A stretch of 64,000 nucleotides of DNA from Cytophagales bacterium (GTDB lineage Bacteria > Bacteroidota > Bacteroidia > Cytophagales > Cyclobacteriaceae): the NCBI GenBank assembly GCA_017303795.1, contig JAFLBR010000011.1:94166-158165 (forward strand), read 5' to 3'. The notes under the pieces are model-generated. The model made no database searches. It was given only the letters and a program-made list of their open reading frames with translations, and was not told the DNA's origin. The position numbers and the translations under genes were made by a program. Positions 59,109 to 64,000 of the stretch are shown one piece after another (the first letter of the stretch is position 1; the number at the start of each line of letters is the position of its first letter).

Positions 59109-61073
59109 TCATTTTTTTAGCAAACCTTTTTTAAATGCTAAACTAGAATTTTGATACCAACTTATTGCTTCTTTGGTCACTCGTAGTGTATTTAAGGAGT
59201 CTGTTAAGCTCTGAGTAAAATCACCTTTCTGGTTTAACAAATGTAGCTCTACTTTTTGTTGTGGCTTAAGAACAGTCAGACTATCTCCTCTTAAATAGCC
59301 CAAGGTCTGGTAGGTGCTGATGAAGGCCCGCGCTTCATCGGGATTGATCCTGAAAATATCATAACCATAGAACTTGCTTTGGTATGAAAAATTTAAGAGG
59401 CCCAGTATTGTGGGGGCAACATCAATCTGACTCATTAATGCATTGTTAACCTGTGGGCGGACGTTACCCGGCCCCCAAATCATCATAGGTATCTTGTATT
59501 TGTTTGGAGGTAAATCAACCTTGCCTGCGCTGGACGCACAATGATCGGCAACAATGATAAACAGTGTGTTTTTGTACCATGGTTTAAGGCTTGCCTCTCG
59601 TAAAAACTTGCCAATAGCATAGTCTGTATATTTAACAGCTCCATCGCGATTTGTGTGAGAGGGGATGTCGATTCTTCCTTCCGGGTAGGTATAGGGCCTA
59701 TGATTGGAGGTTGTCATAATATGGGCAAAAATGAGTTGATTTTCGTTTGCAGATTTATCAATTTCCTTGATGCTCAACTCAAACAGATTTTCATCGGCAA
59801 CCCCCCAGATATTTTCATAATCAATCTCGTTATCTGGTATGGCTGTCCGGTCAATTACTTCGTAACCATTTTTTTCAAAGAAGTAATTCATATTATCAAA
59901 ATATCCGTAACCACCATATATGTATTTACAGTGATAACCTTTTTCCCGAAAGACACTGCCAAGTGAAAACAAATTTTCATTGTTTGGTCTACGAACAATC
60001 GACTGACCGGGTGTTGGGGGGATTGATAGCGTTAAGGCCTCCAGGCCACGTACGGTTCGGGTTCCGGTTGCAAACAGGTTTGTAAACACTGTGCTGTGTG
60101 CAGCTAGCGAGTCTAAGTGAGGTGTAATTCTCTTTTTGTTGCCAAATAGTCCTAGAAATTCAGCGCTAAGACTTTCAACACTTATAAGTACTACATTCCA
60201 TTTATTTTCATGGTTCTTATTGATTACCTGATGCAGTGGGAATTTTTTTTGAAATTCATTAGTGGATGAGTATTCAAATTTTGATTGCAAAATTGCAGTG
60301 GCCTCGTTGCTATCAATGTTTGCGTAGAATTCTTCATAGTTTAATTCGTTGTTCCGGTAGGCAGCAAAAAGATCATAGATGCCATTGCCAGAAAGTTCAT
60401 TCACATACCGATTGGTGGAGAACCGATGCGTGTTTACATCTACAGTAAAAAACACCAAAACAACAATCCCTGTCCAGAGAGCGGTTAAGGCACCGCGTTG
60501 CCAAAAATCTGGTTCTGAGTATGAAACTATTTTTTTTAAAAAACGATGAACTTGCCAGGTCAATAGGAGAACTATAGTAAGTTGGCCAGGTACGATCCAT
60601 TCAATTGGGTATGATTGTTTGATATTACCAATCACCTCGGTGGTGTAAATTAGATAATCAACAGCAATAAAGTTGAAGCGTGAATTAAACTCGCTCCAGA
60701 AAAAATATTCAGCCCCTGCTGAAAATACGATGATGAAAGCTAACAAGAAGTATAAGAAAAGTTGAGTATAGTAAAGCCCCTTGCTTCGTACGAAGCTGTC
60801 CGGAGTTAACCACAGGAGTACTATAATTGGAAGAAAAAAATAGCTTGCGTTAGCTAAATCAAAAAACAGTCCGACCAATAGTATAAGCAACACATTGGAA
60901 ATAGATCCATCCAGTTGACTCCATGAACTAATCATTAAAACCAGTCGGACAATAAATGATATAGCAATGAGGGTGATTAGGAGAGCAAGAACTAACCGAT
61001 AACGTTTGGTTTGCATTAGCCCCAATAGCAGTCCTGGGCTTATTGCTTTTTTTGTTTGATTCAGACCTTTCAT
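59109..61073 (-). CDS. LTA-synthase-family / alkaline phosphatase-superfamily membrane transferase
   Basis: About 5 TM helices then VESLS, ATGTRTVRG (catalytic Thr), TTSNHRPY, VADH; start may be 61073 or 61016. Confidence 0.88.
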   Translation of the reverse strand: MKGLNQTKKAISPGLLLGLMQTKRYRLVLALLITLIAISFIVRLVLMISSWSQLDGSISNVLLILLVGLFFDLANASYFFLPIIVLLWLTPDSFVRSKGLYYTQLFLYFLLAFIIVFSAGAEYFFWSEFNSRFNFIAVDYLIYTTEVIGNIKQSYPIEWIVPGQLTIVLLLTWQVHRFLKKIVSYSEPDFWQRGALTALWTGIVVLVFFTVDVNTHRFSTNRYVNELSGNGIYDLFAAYRNNELNYEEFYANIDSNEATAILQSKFEYSSTNEFQKKFPLHQVINKNHENKWNVVLISVESLSAEFLGLFGNKKRITPHLDSLAAHSTVFTNLFATGTRTVRGLEALTLSIPPTPGQSIVRRPNNENLFSLGSVFREKGYHCKYIYGGYGYFDNMNYFFEKNGYEVIDRTAIPDNEIDYENIWGVADENLFELSIKEIDKSANENQLIFAHIMTTSNHRPYTYPEGRIDIPSHTNRDGAVKYTDYAIGKFLREASLKPWYKNTLFIIVADHCASSAGKVDLPPNKYKIPMMIWGPGNVRPQVNNALMSQIDVAPTILGLLNFSYQSKFYGYDIFRINPDEARAFISTYQTLGYLRGDSLTVLKPQQKVELHLLNQKGDFTQSLTDSLNTLRVTKEAISWYQNSSLAFKKGLLKK

Positions 61074-61110
61074 ACTTGCGAGCAGAATATCACGCAAGGA
61101 AAAGTCAAAT

Positions 61111-61127
61111 TCTGAAGAAAGTCTGAA
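61111..61127 (-). promoter_or_regulatory. Two 11-bp-phased TCTGAA repeats upstream of LTA-synthase gene
   Basis: TCTGAA at 61111 and 61122; same motif and orientation as 57091-57130. Confidence 0.6.
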
Positions 61128-61205
61128 TTGGACTCACCTTACGGGTAAGCCTTGTCAGACTGCTATATGTATTAGATGGTTTTATCGGCCACTATGCTAA
61201 ACTTA

Positions 61206-61739
61206 CTACTTCACCATGTGGGCTGTCACATTCAATTTAACCAACACCTCATCGGCCATACCTAAATTATTGCCACCCACCTTAAAGTGTTGACGGTTCA
61301 GGGTAAACTCACCTTTAAATATTTTAGTGGTGGTTCCGGTTGTTGTAAACGAAATGATTATCTCTTTCTTAATTCCCTTTATTGTGAGCGTTCCGATCAA
61401 CTGACTTGGCGCACCATTTTTACCGATAGTAAATTGATTTGATTTAAATGTAATAACTGGAAATTTTTCGGTGAAAAAATACTCTTCTTTCTTCAGGTGT
61501 TTATTTCGTAGGCCTATTCCGGTATTGATGGTATTGGCGTCCACTTGAATATTGAAGTAACTACTTTCAGGTTGTAGTTCATTAATGTAAATCTCACCTT
61601 TCAAACCGTGTAAAGTTCCTTCTACCGATACACCGAAGTTTTTAATTACAAACTGCACTGCTCCAATGCTATCAACCGGAGTGTAATGTTGCGCTGACGC
61701 TTGAATGCATAAAAGCAGAAAAATCCAAATTAAACGCAT
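61206..61739 (-). CDS. YceI family exported protein
   Basis: Signal MRLIWIF...ASA; VQFVIKNFG..V.G, INTGIGLRNKHLK.E.YF...FP.I.F, G.LTIKG; alternative GTG start 61766. Confidence 0.88.
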   Translation of the reverse strand: MRLIWIFLLLCIQASAQHYTPVDSIGAVQFVIKNFGVSVEGTLHGLKGEIYINELQPESSYFNIQVDANTINTGIGLRNKHLKKEEYFFTEKFPVITFKSNQFTIGKNGAPSQLIGTLTIKGIKKEIIISFTTTGTTTKIFKGEFTLNRQHFKVGGNNLGMADEVLVKLNVTAHMVK

Positions 61740-61765
61740 CAGGTTGGTGAGCGTAAAAGAATACA

Positions 61766-62179
61766 CTAATTCAACATGGCTCTGGCAAACTCAACCGAGA
61801 AAGCCTCGCACCAGATGTGCGCGTAGGGATATTCGCTTAGATTAATGTTGGCTGGTAATGCGTAAGATTGTTTTCCGGTTGTGGATTTAAGAACGCCTAA
61901 CCGGATAAAAGTTTTAGCGCCTATATCTTTGCTTAGATACACTTTTAAGTCGGGGCCGTTTTGCGATTGAAATGGATCCAGCACCAAGGTATATTTTCCA
62001 TCTTGTTCATAAATGGTGGCGGTTCCGCTTACGGTATGATTAACGCCCATAATCACACCCATGTTAATTTTTGTGGCCATGCCGGTCATAAAATTATCAT
62101 CTACAGGCGTTGTGGGAGTAACTTCTTCCACTCCACAACCTAACGCAAGTACAAAAATGAGTATTGAAAGTTTTTTCAT
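61766..62179 (-). CDS. DM13 domain lipoprotein
   Basis: Lipobox LALGC; HTVSG.A, NGPDLKVYLS, LG.LK...G.Q.Y, IWCEAFSV.F. Confidence 0.88.
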   Translation of the reverse strand: MKKLSILIFVLALGCGVEEVTPTTPVDDNFMTGMATKINMGVIMGVNHTVSGTATIYEQDGKYTLVLDPFQSQNGPDLKVYLSKDIGAKTFIRLGVLKSTTGKQSYALPANINLSEYPYAHIWCEAFSVEFARAMLN

Positions 62180-62184
62180 AACAG

Positions 62185-62880
62185 TTAAAAATTTTTATAA
62201 AGGCCAAATGCAAACAACAAAGATTTATCGCGAAAGCGGCTGTTGGGTTCTGGTGTTTGTTGCACTTCGGTGTCGGTAGTGTATTCGGTAAACAAAAATT
62301 GAAGTCCGCTTTTTATGCCCCAGTTGTCTTTCAATTGGTATTTTAGAAACAACTCTGAGTTTAAGGAACCGAGATCGTTATCGCTTATCAGTAATGCATT
62401 AAAAGCTGTTGGTTTGGCTTGTTCCTGCTGGCCGAACACACCATTGATGTAGCTTCCGCTTTTCTTGCTTCCAAAGGAAAAACCAAGTGCATCAATATTA
62501 AACCCAACCGAAATTTTGTTTGACACCTGATACCCTAAATGAATGGCGATATTCAAGGCATTAACCTGTGGCGATTGAATAAGAAATGTATCGATGTTAG
62601 CGGCAATATTTTCTTTAAAGATTACCAGAGGTCCGGTACTGCCGGAGGTGAGTTTTGCCGGTGCAGTAATGTAATACTGATTCTGGCCCAGGTAAGTGGT
62701 AAACCGACCCGCAATTCCGATTTCAAATTTTTTCTTTGCGCCTAATTGCCAGGCGTACGTGTACATAGCAGATAATGAACCTTCCCGATGGCCAACAGCT
62801 CCGGTTACATCTCCATACTTTATCTGACTCCATGAAAGAAATGGAACAAGTGAAATCAGGAGGATCAATACTTTCTTCAT
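62185..62880 (-). CDS. Hypothetical small outer-membrane beta-barrel protein
   Basis: Signal MKKVLILL...SWS from ATG 62880; amphipathic strands; C-terminal LYKNF. Confidence 0.7.
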   Translation of the reverse strand: MKKVLILLISLVPFLSWSQIKYGDVTGAVGHREGSLSAMYTYAWQLGAKKKFEIGIAGRFTTYLGQNQYYITAPAKLTSGSTGPLVIFKENIAANIDTFLIQSPQVNALNIAIHLGYQVSNKISVGFNIDALGFSFGSKKSGSYINGVFGQQEQAKPTAFNALLISDNDLGSLNSELFLKYQLKDNWGIKSGLQFLFTEYTTDTEVQQTPEPNSRFRDKSLLFAFGLYKNF

Positions 62881-62925
62881 ACCACTAAATATAGATTGAA
62901 AGTAAAGGGTAGGCGGCTTTTGTGA

Positions 62926-62941
62926 TGTCGTGGTACCGACA
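62926..62941. promoter_or_regulatory. Crp/CooA-type operator TGTCG-N6-CGACA
   Basis: Perfect 5+5 palindrome TGTCG TGGTAC CGACA, 45 nt upstream of ATG 62880 and 4 nt past the Crp stop. Confidence 0.7.
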
Positions 62942-62945
62942 AAAG

Positions 62946-63620
62946 TCACTTCAAACTCTCCAAATCCCGAATTAAAATTTTCTTCCTGTCGAAGTTGATC
63001 AGGTTTTTTTCTTTCAATTCGTTTAGAATGGTGGTAACCGTTTGGCGTGAGGTTCCTGTAAGGGCTGCAATGTCTTTGTGTGTAAGGCGCGTGGGGATCA
63101 TGGTTTCGTAACCAACTTTCTTTCCTTTCCACGCTGCAGTGTCTTTTAAAAATTCAATCACACGGGTGCGGGCATCTTTAAATACCAGCAACTCAAGTTT
63201 GCGCTCTAATTTCATCAGGCGTAAGCCAATCAACTTAAGTAGTTTAAAGCTAAGCTCTTTGTTCTCCTTCATCAGGTTTTTTAATTCTTCCAGACTTAAC
63301 GGGCAAATAGTGGTGTTCTCCATCGCTTGCGCGAAATCTTTACGTTGGTCTTCACCTGCCAATGCTAACTCTCCAAAAATTTCTCCCGTGGTAAGTATGG
63401 AAGTAATTACTTCAGTTCCGGTTTCCTGATAATGACCAATCCGCACCCGGCCATTCACAATCATGTAAATGTGTGTGGCTTGTTCGCTGGGAAAATAAAT
63501 GTATTGATCTTTTTTATACGTGTTATACGTATGCTTTTCGGCCATTGTCTTTACCTTGTGGGGGCAAAGAATCTGGTACAGGTTTACGCTTTCAAAATAC
63601 CAAAGTGCCGAAGTATTCAT
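62946..63620 (-). CDS. Crp/Fnr family transcriptional regulator
   Basis: cNMP domain GEIFGELAL...R; HTH LTHKDIAALTGTSRQTVT; N-terminal LCPHK. Confidence 0.93.
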   Translation of the reverse strand: MNTSALWYFESVNLYQILCPHKVKTMAEKHTYNTYKKDQYIYFPSEQATHIYMIVNGRVRIGHYQETGTEVITSILTTGEIFGELALAGEDQRKDFAQAMENTTICPLSLEELKNLMKENKELSFKLLKLIGLRLMKLERKLELLVFKDARTRVIEFLKDTAAWKGKKVGYETMIPTRLTHKDIAALTGTSRQTVTTILNELKEKNLINFDRKKILIRDLESLK

Positions 63621-63664
63621 ATTCAAACTGAGTGTTAATTACGGAAATTTAAAAGAGAAAGTTA

Positions 63665-64000
63665 ATGTCTTCACTAATCTTAAGTGAAATCTGGATTTAT
63701 CCGATCAAATCGTTTGCCGGCATTCGTGTAAAACAAGCCAGTGTTAAACAAAAAGGATTGGAGCACGACAGAAGGTGGATGCTGATTGATGAAGCTGGCC
63801 GATTTATTACGCAACGCGAACATCCGCAAATGGCGTTGTTCGATCTTGCTATCAATAATCAACAACTAACGGTTACAAATCGGGAAAATTCACAGCACTT
63901 AACGTTTCCGGTTAGTGTACCTGCCGGACAAAATCATCAGTCAGTTGTTTGGGATGATGTAATAACCACAGTGGAACCCAACCCCGCTTACAGTAACTGG
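63665..64000 (+). CDS. MOSC domain protein (YcbX-like), N-terminal part, 3'-truncated (absent from ORF track)
   Basis: Translated by hand: MSSLILSEIWIYPIKSFAG...GLEHDRRWMLID...FITQREHPQMAL. Confidence 0.88.
   Translation, partial: MSSLILSEIWIYPIKSFAGIRVKQASVKQKGLEHDRRWMLIDEAGRFITQREHPQMALFDLAINNQQLTVTNRENSQHLTFPVSVPAGQNHQSVVWDDVITTVEPNPAYSNW

Noticed and set aside
62881-63132. N-terminal extension of the 315-aa ORF 62185..63132
   Set aside because: Runs through the Crp gene in another frame; the signal peptide begins at ATG 62880.
1-64000. tRNA, rRNA, integrase, transposase or prophage genes; the many short antisense ORFs in the track
   Set aside because: None recognisable; the short ORFs lie opposite well-supported genes and lack family motifs.

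Overview
A 64-kb chromosomal segment of a Bacteroidota bacterium, most likely Cytophagales. This is inferred from sprA, gene order and TAnnTTTG -7 promoters. Most of the window is conserved housekeeping synteny: ruvA-sprA-gcvH-lipA; maeB; flippase-nucleotidyltransferase-TPR-DUF4292-envC-tatA-gatA-mltD-DUF4837; SDR-type threonine dehydrogenase and kbl; folP-cdaA; DUF1599-DoxX-aroK; proS; nfeD-floA; xdhC-mocA. Three small RelE/ParE-type toxin-antitoxin pairs, REP-like palindromes and 7-nt-periodic intergenic arrays are interspersed. The best candidate for an undescribed system is the cell-envelope redox island at about 54.1-63.6 kb. It holds an operon for an OB-fold protein, two lipoprotein c-type cytochromes (three haem motifs, one CX4CH), YceI and a DUF5777 beta-barrel, preceded by four 11-bp-phased direct repeats. 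The same repeat precedes the adjacent LTA-synthase-family/response regulator/kinase unit. A second unit (beta-barrel, DM13 lipoprotein, YceI) carries a perfect TGTCG-N6-CGACA palindrome right behind a Crp-family regulator with a CooA-type RQT recognition helix. Other notable points: a glucan phosphorylase whose PLP-binding Lys is replaced by Thr; folP and DUF1599 start codons that physically overlap; an exported WD40-caspase; an orphan MreB paralogue; and a pseudoknot-capable leader upstream of kbl. No rRNA, tRNA, CRISPR array, integrase or transposase was recognised by eye. All family calls come from motif recognition; no database search was run.
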